Shown here in pieces: positions 25,373-38,090 of a stretch of DNA of 64,000 bases. Position 1 is the first letter of the stretch. Each line of letters starts with the position of its first letter. The stretch spans positions 921,192 to 985,191 of the forward strand of contig NW_027192193.1 in NCBI RefSeq assembly GCF_041956535.1, written 5' to 3'. The notes under the pieces are model-generated. The model had not been told where the DNA came from. It searched no databases and worked only from the letters and a program-made list of their open reading frames with translations. Position numbers and translations under genes: made by a program. Source of the stretch: Calcarisporiella thermophila CBS 279.70. Taxonomy: Eukaryota; Fungi; Calcarisporiellomycota.

Positions 25373-28300
25373 CTAGAATGGTAAATTGGCGATATCAACC
25401 AAGTGTACGAATTTCTTCCCGAATATTAATGGTACTAATACTAAAGTGATTAGAATGATCATAATCAAACCGAATATCATGCCGAAGAGTACTGCACGTC
25501 TTATTCGCTTTTTGCGTTGCTTTCGCGAGTATATTGGGTTTCGGAAAGCAGGGTACTTTGCGGTAGGTCGGAGCCATAGCAGCATCATGGAATGCCACCG
25601 ATCAGCATAGGGTATAAGGCAGAAAATAAAAAGGATAGTGAGGAGGACATGGGCTACTATGAAATCGGTGGCAAACAGTGTCATCTCCATGATTTTGCAC
25701 GCAAGCTCGCGTGGGGGTTGTGAGAGAGCATACCACCCCAAGTGATTCCACCGCCCGGTCCACCAAGCCCGGTTTGCTTCATCGATATTGAATTCACGAG
25801 TCAGTAAAAGCGAGACTAAGATTTTCAAAAGACACCGCTGCACATTGGCTACCGCCAGCATGCTCAATATGGCGCGTATTGGATCCCAATTTTCTAAAAA
25901 CCAAAGCAACTCGAAAACGACCAGCATGTTAATGATGGCAAAGCCATGGGCGGCACCCGCAACATATCCACCAAACCCAGAATGTTTTTTACACCGCTCA
26001 CGAGCGGAATGCACCTTGGGACGTTCCCAACAGCTACTGCAGAAACTGAAAATACCTCCGAGCAACAACGAGGTTGGAAAAAGCGCAATTAAAACACCTG
26101 CATTGGCAACAATTGGAGCAATAGCCAGCGCAAGCACCTGGAACACTGCATTTCGCTTTTCTTTGACTTCAACATCCTCGGTATCAACGGGAATACTCTT
26201 TACGAAGTCATATGCAGCGACACATATGAATGCAATCAAGACGGGCGTGAATATTTGGCTGAAAAAAATCGCAAAAAACCCTGCACGAGAGCCATTTCCT
26301 AGCAAGGTTGGTACGGACAACTTATCGATTCGTCCCTGATTCGTGTTGGATTGGGTTGATTCTCCGAGACGTTTTCGCTTTAATCCCACGACTTTTGTTC
26401 GTGACATTCTGCAATAAATGATCCAGGAATCCGTGTGCTTCCAGTGATTCCCGCGAGACATCCATCGTAGGAATTGGCGATAGTCGAGTAGAAAATCCAC
26501 GAGGGAGAATTGGTGCGGATTGAATAAAAACGGAGAAAATGCAAGCGCAAACGCAGACACCCAGAGATACGTAAGGTGCGGCAATCCTCCTACGTTTATG
26601 GTAGAGAGAGTGACGAACAAAAGCATAGAGAATATGCGCATTGCAAAATAAATGCTTGGCTCAGCGAATTGGGCAAACAAATGGGAAAAAGGAGCACGCG
26701 ATGTTGTAAACCGGCGCCCAGTGGAGATATACTGTGCACCGCCGAAAGCTAAATTCGAAAGCATTGCGTGGCTGTATGACTGGGTTAAGAAAGTTTCAAA
26801 TAAAGGTGACAAGGATAAGAAATGCTTTCCTAGTCGCACTATGCCATATCGAATCCCTTTCTCCATCACTTCTTGTAAGAAGAGCGGAATAAACGCCACG
26901 CTGAATATGATGAAAATCGATAGAATGCATCGTTTAATCCAGTCATAAATAGGTAGTAGGTCATGACACCCGGGAGGAGTTAGCTCCGTGTTTGGAGAAT
27001 TGACAGGGTCACACAAAGTCAGAGTACTACTCATTACGGAAAGTAGTAGGAGAACGAGGATAAATAGTTGGAGAGAGAGCATGATGGCAATGCTGTTGAT
27101 GTGGAAGCCTGGGTGCGCGTAATAAAATGTGAGGAAGCGATCCAGCGGGAGCTGTGTGCCGAGATAGTAATGTTCGCGTGAGAGAGTTTGCTCTCCCATA
27201 CCGACTCCAATTTTAACAGCGAATTTAAAGATCGAGGAGAAGCCTAGGTCGCGGCCTTTCCCGCATTGATAGTATTCAGAGTGCTTAATCCGTCCGCCTC
27301 GACTGAAAGCCATCATTCCAGCATAGATATCTTCATTCAAATGCAACCCCTTCTGGCCTTTGCTGATGCCTCCTCTTGTTGTCATGAAAGGAAGGCTGAG
27401 GAAGTCTGGGTGACCGTAGTGCAGCTTTCCTCCTACCCTGGCCATAATGCGCTGAGACAAGGTGCCAAATGTTTGCTCTTTGCCTGCGGCCACGTCCCCC
27501 AAAACGCCAATATTTTCCGAGAAAATATACTCTCGGGCCCCGACAATTGCAACTGGTGACTTTTCCTCCTCTCCAGCTGCTTCTTGCTGGTCTTCTTCGA
27601 ATTCACCTAGGATGTTTCTTATCTTAAGACATTCTTCTATTTAATGGTAGAGAAAATCAAGTTAGAAAAAAGACGAATATCTACGTAGCTGTTTTTTTAT
27701 GTTTACCCAGGTAGTTGTCTTGGTTAGCATCGATTAATTGCAGATATTCTCCACGCGTAAAAATGATTGAACTATTTTGGTTATCCCCCTTCCCATCACC
27801 TAGAATCGGATATCCCGGGAGTTGAATGCGGAATATTGGCTTTCTTTTCCCATTGGATATCATTTCGCAATGTCCGTTGATTAATACTGAGAAAAATCTG
27901 GAGGGTTCTCCGGTGTTTTCAGATGGTTCTTCTTCAAGGTAGGCGATATGAAGATCAGGATAGGCACGCAACAACCACTCTGTATCGTCGTATTCCTCAT
28001 CCGTAAAATTCCCGTATCTCTGCATCGAAACTACCAGGCGAAATTTTCGACATGATATGGTGCGCAGCTCTTGCTCTAGCTGATCCGGAAAACTATGAAA
28101 AAGCTTCACGAAATCCGGGTTCTCCAAGCGATAGAGGAGCTCAATTGCTTGGTGATATTGCATGAACCCCGATAAGGTGCGATAGAGTGTCTGGGCACGA
28201 AGAGACGCCCATATACGCGTTCGAAGCACTGATGCCGGCTCAGAATTCTTAAAACCAATGCATTGCAGTGCCATTTCGTCGGCCCGCCCCGATCCAGGAT

Positions 28301-30954
28301 ACTTCATTGAGCCAATGCCATGCTCCTGCAAGTTCTCGAATCTTGTCTCTCCATCCATAAGCTTGGTATCTTGCACAAAGTTTTCCCATTCACCAGGATG
28401 AAGCTGTTTCAAGTATTCGAGCAATGTAATACGAGTATCACCCTCCTCATGTATAATCTCTCGTAGCGACAGTAGGATTTTCTCGGCATAATGTGGTGTA
28501 AGGACAGTGAAAGAGGGCATATGTTCAATCGGACGCGGCTTAGGAAGGGATATGGAGAGGGATTGAGCAAAAAAGGTGATACGCCGCTCTGCCTCGCTCG
28601 GATATTGGGGGAAAAATTCGGATTTGCTTCGATCGTCTTGTTTAGAGACGAAGAAGCTCGGTGGTTTCAGTTTTATCCCAGATCCATCTTCATTTCGTAT
28701 CTATTCAGCAAAAAAAAACTTTCAGTGTGCACTTGTAATCAAATAGACCATTATATAAGCACTGACTTGCTGATAAAGGAGATTTTGAACATGGTCTGAA
28801 GAAATCAGATGCTCTCGATACAGCGCAATCACAATGGCGTTCCATATTTGTGCCACCATTTCCTTAGGTTTGCACCGCTTCATACCCTCGACGTCCAGCA
28901 GTTTCACATAGATGCGATTAGGCAGCTGGGAGAAAATATTCCGCCATGGCGCACAAATCGAGTGTGAAAAAGTGAGAGATATAGAGAATATCGTGCTCCA
29001 TATGACATACCACAGGTAAGTATCAAGGAAGAAGAGCACAAATTCCAAGATAATCATTATCACGAGCATTACCGAGGGTATATTGCGGCAGAGCATACTG
29101 TTTAAAATGCCAGAACAATTGGTGATATTCAACTTGATACCTGCGTGTATAGCATCTTTAAACGAAAGGGACATGAAAAAATAAGACTCAAGTAGCTTGC
29201 ACGTAAATACGCAAATCCAAAGCATAATGGACAAAGCACGTTCGCTTCTGCAAAGCTTTGGATAGGATGCCGTAAAAAAGCGCTCTGCCAGTCCTCGTCT
29301 GGAGTCCGACCTTTGACATTTCCTTCCTGGAAAACAGGAGGTGGGTAAAATGCTAATTATGGTGGAGGTTGCTAGCCCGATAAAAAATTGTATTATTCCA
29401 ACTACTTTTGATAGGGTCCCTCTGCGCTGGTAAAAGACTATATATACTGTGGGCCCAACGTTAAGACATAACACCAGCCCTAGAAGTAGGAGTCTAAGTA
29501 GTATGCGGGCAATCTTTCTCCAATAATAAATGGGGATAAAATAAAGCTCGCAAATAGAAGAGAGCATTAACAACAGCGTTGCAACGGCTCCTCCTAAGCC
29601 CACGATGGACCACTGAACTGCTGTCTCTTGTGCGGCAATCTCTTTTTCAGGCGAAACATATAGACTAGGTGAGGTATACAGAGTATAATACCAGAGAGCG
29701 ACTGCGTGTATGATCCACACTCGCGAAAAATTGACAAAAATATGAAGCATAGTGCGCCGTTCAAGATAAGTTTTTCGAAAGGTCTTGTCCCAGTCAGCCG
29801 CATTTAGTTGTGCAAATCGCTCCTTGGGCGCCAAACGCATTAGGGAGGTGCCATCGTATAACACAATGCGTTGAATGCTTTCACGATGCCAAAAAAATTC
29901 ATTCACATCATCTAACCCCACTGTACGCGCATGGTCCCTCTCGCGCTTTACGTGATTTCCGCGTTGATCCATCTCATAGGTTTGATTTCGAATATAGAGA
30001 TATAACGGTGTAATAACCTGTATCGACAAAGCAATAGTAATCTCTGTAAATAACTAGCATAGTTATTACTATTTCTATCAACATTACTTCACGCAAAAAG
30101 TCGCCCTCCAATTTCTGCTGCGTTAAAGAATCAGAAGCGCTACCATCAAAATCAAGTGCGCACTTGAAGAGAAAACACAGGCACTCAGGTGCGAACCGGA
30201 TCACCGATGCTTCGCCCCATATCAGAAAATATAACGCAAGCTGCCTTGTGTGCTGATGGTCGTCCAACTCCAGCATCCGTTTGCTCCAACGTTCCATTAA
30301 TTTATTGAACTCACATTCTTCCAATGACTCTACTTCTTCGTCGCCGATACTCCATTGTGCATCATCCTTGTCCATCTCTGCGGCAAAATACCATTTGCAA
30401 TAATTGGCCTGAACCCCACCTAGGTAATCCGAGTACAACGTCGTGAGTGCTTGGATGGGGGTCATCCTTGAAGCACGTGAATCAAGCATGCTCATAAAAT
30501 GTTCAAACATATTGTTGACGCTGTCTGTTTGAAATCCAAATCTCCTTGATAAATCCAAAAATATTTCTTTGATCTCCTCTACGGAAATCGAAGTATTCGA
30601 GCCGGCGCGCCATGCGGGATAGTTTTGGTAGACCAGCTGAATGGGCAAAGAGGAGTAATCAAATGAAGTAGAAGGATGCACTGTGGAGGTAGTGGTAGAG
30701 CTATGGCCAGACGAGGGAGAGAAATTGCTGGCATTGGTTTGACGATGTTTATGTTCAAATTGCTGAAGGAGGGTGCGAGAAGTTGGGCTACATGGCCGAT
30801 AACGATTCGCATTCGAACCCCGTATCACTGACAGAGGGTCGAATATAAAATTTTGGGTCTGAGGTGGTGAGGGAACCGTGGACGGGGAAGTGGCGCTTTC
30901 AGGGTCCTCTCCAACGTCCCAGACAATTTCTTCGCCGCTACTGATTCTACTCAT
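25373..30954 (-). CDS. FKS1: 1,3-beta-glucan synthase catalytic subunit (GT48); 4 exons
   Basis: [99 protein letters not shown] and multiple TM helices. Confidence 0.97.
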
Positions 30955-31956
30955 ACTTTTGTAGGTTGAAAAGCTCTCCAGATATTTTTTTCTCAATAAA
31001 TTCTCGAAGGGTCAAATAAACTTGGACACGTTCAAAAAACGATACCGCAATAGCCAAGTAATTATCTATCCTATGAAAATCCGATCCGTTCGAAATAACG
31101 ACAACCAACCACTATTCTCACCGTGTGTAGCGTATCAAGTTGGCAAAAATAACCAAGAATAAGTTGGGAGATATTTGGAGAAAAAATAATAATCGAAAAA
31201 TACCCTTTTATTACTCTAGCGAGCACGAGAAAAACGAAAGATTAATGTATCTATAGCCTTGGAGCTGATGAGAGCTTGCAGCTTTGACTAAATCATTTAT
31301 ATTTGCGTGGAATGAAAGAAGCGGCAGCTATAAAGAAAGCCAAGAGGTAATAATAATTCAAGGCGAAAAGTTTAAACATATTGAGAGTATAAAATTCCTT
31401 GTAGACTACTATTTTTAGGATAATTGTTCGAGTGTACTGCCTAATTTAACCTGATCCATTGTAGTAATATCGAAGAATCTTTTGATATAAGCCAATATGT
31501 CGGGAGGAACCTCGTCTATAATTTCTGTATCGGCTTGAATCAATGTAGTTTTCGGCATCAAGTCGATTGATGGAGAACATTTAATCTTTGGGGGAGAGAG
31601 CCAAACTTTATTCACTACCAGAGATGGTTCCTCAAATCAATCCATCCACTACGAGCCTAGATTCCTTCTCTTCAGTAGGGACATTAATAAAACAAGCTCC
31701 GTTCGTATCTTTTACCAAACCGCACAAGTATGCAATGAAATGAACTTTGCTATACTCTGTCCAAATTATGCTAACTTTTCGGTTCCGGTTATTGCAAGCG
31801 CCCATGTGTTATGAAAAAGAAACACCAGGCGAATATAGGTCTTTCTTTAACACTGAGTTACGGCTTCGATTACAACCTTGATACAATTGCATTATTCGTA
31901 TTTTGCATGCACTCGCTTTCGTTATTCTACATTATTTGGGTCTAGCCCTTCGACTA

Positions 31957-34719
31957 CTATAACCCATCTCTTTCAATATCCTCGCTAATCGCATCGCTGA
32001 CAGTCGTTTCCTCTTCGGTTCTAGCTCCGCTGTCATTCATCTGCTTAAGCGTTCCTGGCGAGGTCCCCCATGGGATTTTTTGTTGCTTTAAACCTTTTGC
32101 TTGATAACTTTGACCAGTGGTATAAAAGAGCCGCATAAAAAGGCGTTGTATGATCTCCTTTGCCTAAACAGTAATATTAATAATAGCTATTACACTGGTA
32201 GATGGTAATAAAACTTACTTTAGAGCGGTCCAAAAAAGTCGCACGCCCATCTTGGATTCTATCGTGTATCTGCCGAAGCCGTGTAATAATCTTTTTAGCC
32301 GACTCCTACAAAATAGCAGCTCATTCAAATTTGCAACTCATACATAGTCAAAAATGGCTTTTGTACCTTATCAGAGTCTAACACTTCCTTGGAGAAGAGC
32401 ACGTAGCCTAGTAGAACAGCATGCCAGTATATGTCTTCATAGTTCGTTTTCTCATCGATATGAAAGGGCGAGTTCAAACTAGAAAGTAATTCAACCAGTG
32501 GGAGTAAAGATATTTTTTGCACAGCCTCGTCCTTTTAATATAATTAGTCATTGTATGCTTGAGAAGAAGAAAGGCGCAATCATTCAAGGGTAAACTACCT
32601 TGTTCATCGATATCGACCCTCTCTCATTCGGAACTAAAAATTGGTATGCAACTAAGCTGCGAAGAGCCTGGCTTCTCGGATGTACAGGCGAAAGTGCCTT
32701 GAGCATTTTTGCAACAAGGCACGGTGAGTGTCGACAAGAAGATAATAGCCTCTGACTAATTGATATCATCTAAAAAGCGAAGGTCATATGAATATTGGAC
32801 AAAGATATTAAATCTGAGAAGAAACTTACTTGCATATTCCACTCGCCTTGGGAGAATGCATCCAATATTAACTTTAGAGCAACTTCAATATCAAAAAGCA
32901 CTTCAAGCACACATCTATCAAGCGAGCATCTCAGTAATATTATAATAAGATAGCGAATGGACTCAAGGGAGTAGTATGCACGTCTAAGTGGATCACATAC
33001 AACACTTAATAACTGACAGTCAAATATGCACTATTATTCTTAGTCACCTCGAAGCTACCGAGTCCCCGAGGAGTCGGATGAACAGTTTAAAATTGAGCAA
33101 GTTAGGTAGTGTTCGTTTCTCTGTGCAAATACAAAAATTCAATCATTCGTAAAGCGTATTTACTTTTTCTAACCATTCGTTTACCTAAATTCTTTTCGAC
33201 AACATCCCTTAGCAGCACTTCTTGTTTTAATGAGTCCTCCATGGCGCCAAACTTTCGTAAAATGAGCACAATTTGATCAATTTGGACAAAAAAAGCGGAT
33301 TTAGCCCAAGACTACGAAGATAGAAACCAATGCTAACTAGTTAGCCAGATCAAGGAGATAGAGACATGCGTATTTAAACTCACAGTTGCAAAATACTCTC
33401 TTAATAGTTCAAAGGCAGAGAGCACGAGGTTTTTGTCGACTTCAAAGCACACTGTGGTTATAGCCAGATCAATAAATTATTCAGAATCAGCCCATGTCAA
33501 AGAGTAACTATACCTAAATTTAATAACCATCTCAACACCGGGGCTGGCGGTTCCCATTTTGTTTTCCAAAGACGCTCAATCCAGCCGCCACAAAGAAGCA
33601 TTTTTCGACCCTCCTCAGCTATAAAGATTACAATATTTAGGAAGAGTTCAAAACGAAAAGAATGAAAGCAGTCAATACCTTCAGAACAGTCATAGATAAG
33701 TTTTAAGTAAGAATCGTCTTTCATCCTTTTTTTAAGCTCGGAATCTCGTGGTATTCTCAAGAGATAAGACAGCTAATAAATATAAAACATAAATGTAAAT
33801 AACCAAGTAGTATGAAAAAATTAGCGTGGATTCCATCAAACTCACATTATGGCAATCATTGTTCCGCTCTTCAAAAAATAAGTAAGTTTTCTCTTGGAAA
33901 TCACGAAAAGATTCCGAGAGGGCCTGATAATAAACAGATGACAAACAGAGGGAACACTTGAATGATGTCCATAGGGGGTTACTAAACGAGGGTCTACAAA
34001 CCTGCCTTAGCTGCTCATTTTGCTCGTTTGAGAGAATATTATTCAAAATTTGATCTCTATCAAATTGTAAGCTGTGCTCCGTTATATCATCATTAAACTG
34101 AAAATGGATAGGAAGAGGATGTTAACACCCTCCTCATATAAACTCTGTAAGCAAAGGGAGAACCTTGATATTTTCTAATGGTTCTAGCGTGAATCCAATC
34201 TTCGCTCGTTGTTCCTTCTCCTGCAGTAGTTTTTTAATAGAGTTCTCGTACACTGGATCTCTCCGCCGCTTAAAATTTACAGTTGGTGATTCAACTACAC
34301 TAGAAAAATACTCGGGCGCTTTTCGCACGCGAGAGCTACGGCGAATTGGCGTCAAAAGTTGGTCCTCTTCCTCCTGTGGATCTTTATGTTCGTCCTGATT
34401 TTGTGTTACGTATGTGTCTCTGCTTGCAACAATCAATAAATACATGAAGAAAAACCAGGCCATTGAAATAGTGATTTAATATAATTTCAGATGAATACAA
34501 ATAACTTACAGCGCTTCAGAATATAACACTGGTTTTGGCGTGAAAAACTCGAAGGTCGTGCTCGAAAGAAGACGATCATCGTCGTCATCCTCGATTATCT
34601 AAAGCGATTATAATCAGCCAAAAAAAAAAGATAAATCATGTAAAATCTTCAGGATATTTTACTTGCGGAACAATACCGACATATTCAGGATCATCTGGAA
34701 GAGGACTCAGAGGCATCAT
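31957..34719 (-). CDS. SLF2/FAM178/Nse6-like SMC5/6 loader (CANIN-like domain); many short exons
   Basis: Acidic/basic disordered N-terminus, NSIKKLLQEKE, PAPVLRWLLNL, and C-terminal LRQIHDRIQDGRATFLDRSKAKEIIQRL, recalled as resembling SLF2-family motifs. Confidence 0.6.
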
Positions 34720-35399
34720 GGTGTATTGTAGGGTATAGTAGCTAGTGCATCTACAGCAAATAATAGTATACCTTAAACAAGTCACATTAATGGATTCTTA
34801 AGAGATTTTAGCGCGACTGCCATATATCTTTTCTGAGTTATGACGTTCGAATCTAACTGGAGGATATTAATTAATTCACTAATTCACTAATCGGTAAATG
34901 CCATTTTCATTGGAAAGTTGGTAAGTTGATATTCTAGATATTGTTGATGTTTAAAGGGCATTTTACTGCACTATTAAGATCTTAAGTTTGTCCAATACTG
35001 ATTAGCAAAGACGGAGAGTGTGAAAACAATAGCGGATAAACAATAGGATATAATAAAATCGACCATTTTGTTCCTTCTAAATACTTGGCTATCTTTTTGG
35101 TGTTTTAGCATGGGCTTCCTTGCGTGATTCTTCTATTCACTTTGATATAGTGCTGGGAGTTATTGATAGTCAGTATGTAATTCAAAAAAAAAATATACAA
35201 TTATATATTTTTACCAATATGCCCCTATAACTATTCCAAAATGAAATAAATATTCATCGCAAACATATTACAGTTGCAACTAAAAGAACAAAATGCTACA
35301 AAGAAGAAAAAAGAAAACGAGTATATATAGACAGTAATACTAGTGTGGAATAAAGGCATATAATTTAAGAAACTCAAAAGAAGCGACTAAGAAAGGCAA

Positions 35400-37123
35400 C
35401 TATCTTCGTTTCGTCATATGGAGTGGTAGGGTTGTCATAGGTTTGCTTATTGAGCTTACTTTTGTGCTCCCAGTGAACCAGCTCTCGATCGAGCCTCGAC
35501 CTTCCCTTTTTTGCAAATCTGCTAACTCAGGCGCACAAGTCACTGCCGTCGATGCTTCAGATAGCCGTCTCGAAGGGATATCAAGCACACTCGCCGCCTC
35601 GTTCAAATGGTTAATCCATCTGTGTCGCTCCTCCTCTGTGCGGGCTTTGACCACCAACAAAACGCCCTTTGATTTTCTTATTTCGAAGCAGAGCGAATGC
35701 CCAACTACTCGCTCCTGTGCGGCTCTTGCAGAGACGCCATGCATGTCTACAAACTGCTTTACAACATAGCCCTTGTCCTTGCGTTTACAAACAAGAAGTA
35801 AGTCGTTAAAGAGAATATAGGATCGTGACTCTAGATTGGTTGCGATCATAGGATTAACGTTGTACATATCAGATTGGGCGACGAACCGACGGTAAGGAGA
35901 GGCAAGCTGGATAGGAAGATTATATAGGAGGGGTTGAATCTGAGAAACGCGTCGCCGGTTCTCTGAATCGCGAACCCTAGAAAACCGTGAATTAAGTCAG
36001 AATGCCGTAATGAAACGAACTACGGGTAATCACGCTTACATTTCATTGATCTCTTCAGCTATTGAGGTAAGTCTTTGGTATGCATACTGAAGGTTTGCGT
36101 AATCAGGATGCAGCGGGGGAGTGCGCTTTAAGAGTGCCTCCAGAAGAAGCTTGTACCGCGGGAGGCGTTGGACGGGCAGCAAGAGATAAGCCTGTAAATT
36201 GAGGAGTTCATGCCGTGGGTGTCGATAACATTGCTAAGACGGGGAGAATAACTTTTAAATTAGGGTTGAGGGTGAGGGCTAAGCGGTCATAAACTTACTT
36301 CCAAAAAACGCCTAAAGTTGGAATTCGACTTTTGCAGCCGTTCCAGAACCCTCACAGCCAGCGGGAATTTCTGCAGATAGTAGCCGTAGATTTGGAAACT
36401 TGATTCCTAGGATGGAACATAAGGTTATTTTCAAATTACCTGTGTGCACAAATCCCGGATTTACTTACATAGCGCAAGAAGATATCACTAATTAGCTGGG
36501 CGGGGCCCCAGATCAGTCTCCTATTGTGGTCACAGTTGGTGAGCTAAGATAGGACACACAATAAGATTCTCGCCTACTTACCGATGACAGAGATCATTTA
36601 GCAGCTGCTCATGTAGCTCCAAAATCTCTTCAAAATTCGAGAAGATTGTCTGAAATTCATCCTGAGACATAAGTTTGCCCGTTTTAACATGGGCGGTCAT
36701 AGGCAAGTAGAACAGATCACGCAATTTGCGCAAGCCGTGGACATAAGTGCGTTCTGACTGGAATATTTCTTGTGCTGCCGCCTCGCGCTTGCGATGGTTG
36801 AGCTCAGCATCTTAACCAAAAAAAAAAAAAATACAATTCAATTAGAATTACAGACTTACTATACCAAATGAATATACTCTACCAATATACTCGTCTTCAT
36901 ACTCGTCAATATAAAAGTTATCAAGCACTTCGAGCGAAAGAAAATCCATGTGGTCTGCTGGTGAATTAAGGGAGGTTGTGTCGTAATGATGTGGGTGGAG
37001 TTGGGACAAAGTCTGCCGGTTAGCGTTGGGCGAGGAATGTAATGGCGAAGAAATGTTTTGTTCCGGGGCAAATATTTGAGGTGGGGAAGGTAGTGAGTGG
37101 GGGACTCGTTTATTGATATACAT
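35400..37123 (-). CDS. Dbl-family Rho GEF (DH-PH); 6 exons
   Basis: EIFQSERTYVHGL, IFSNFEEILELHEQL and LLPVQRLPRYKLLLEALLKRTP (DH), followed by YILFNDLLLVCK..EEERHRWINHL (PH). Confidence 0.92.
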
Positions 37124-38090
37124 AGTATACGTTATTATGTTGGCTTGAGAGAAAAAGATGCAGAGCCGTTGTTTTCTTTCGAGCTAAACGACTAGGAAAA
37201 GAGTGCAAGCTAACTTGTGAAAATGATCAGTGCACGTTGGAGCTAAAAATGAATAGGAGAGTGTGTGCCTTTGGGAAAGCTTAACAAACAGATGATTATG
37301 CGGACACCCTCGCCTAAGTCGTACAGCACTAAAACTGGAAGTTTGCAACACAAAGGCACAATGTCATCTAGGTTTCGATTAAGAACTACGGGGAGATTAA
37401 GGAGAGGATAGAGGCGCGGTTCCTCACAAACGGCTAACGAATCGAAATGTTTGGGACTCTAGGCACACAGTTGTGCCTTTTCCCAGGAGATTTGTCCTGA
37501 GGGATACCGCCAACTTACGTAAAAAAGGGCTTGAATCCGGTGGTTTTTGGAGACAAGCGCCATTAGATAGGGCCAAAACCTTCTCGGGGTTTCTCCACAA
37601 AAATGAATTTGGAGTCGGAATACCGAAAAAGAGATTAAATTTCGATAGCTTAGTAGATTCTGTATGTTTTTCACCTTTTCTCTTCGAAATAGACAACAAG
37701 AAGAAGAGGGGGGATCTGGAAGCACTGCTCTCTTCCCCAGGCCATCTCCTGGAGAAGAGAATGAATGGGAAGCAGCCGAGTAATCTTCTATCACTTTCTC
37801 CCTAAAATTTGACACGTGAGAATGGGTTTTTGGAAATGCCCAAGTCAAACTGGTTTCAGATACTCCATCCCCACGCCAAATTTGACATGTTAAGAAATCA
37901 CACATTCTACTAAGAGGCGGTTAAGTCGAGATTCAAAAATTCAGTTGTGTCATCTCAACTAATAATACACTCTCGGGTTTATTAATAGCTGCCTAGAATT
38001 GATTATCTTTACAAAAACCTTCGCCCTCGGTCTATTCCCTTAAATGTTCAAAACCACACACAATTAATCCAATGGAAAATCCTTAAGTTT

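Noticed and set aside
37424-37905. Overlapping 91-148 aa ORFs upstream of the RhoGEF
   Set aside because: No motifs and ORFs on both strands; most likely promoter or 5' UTR, though an upstream exon cannot be excluded.
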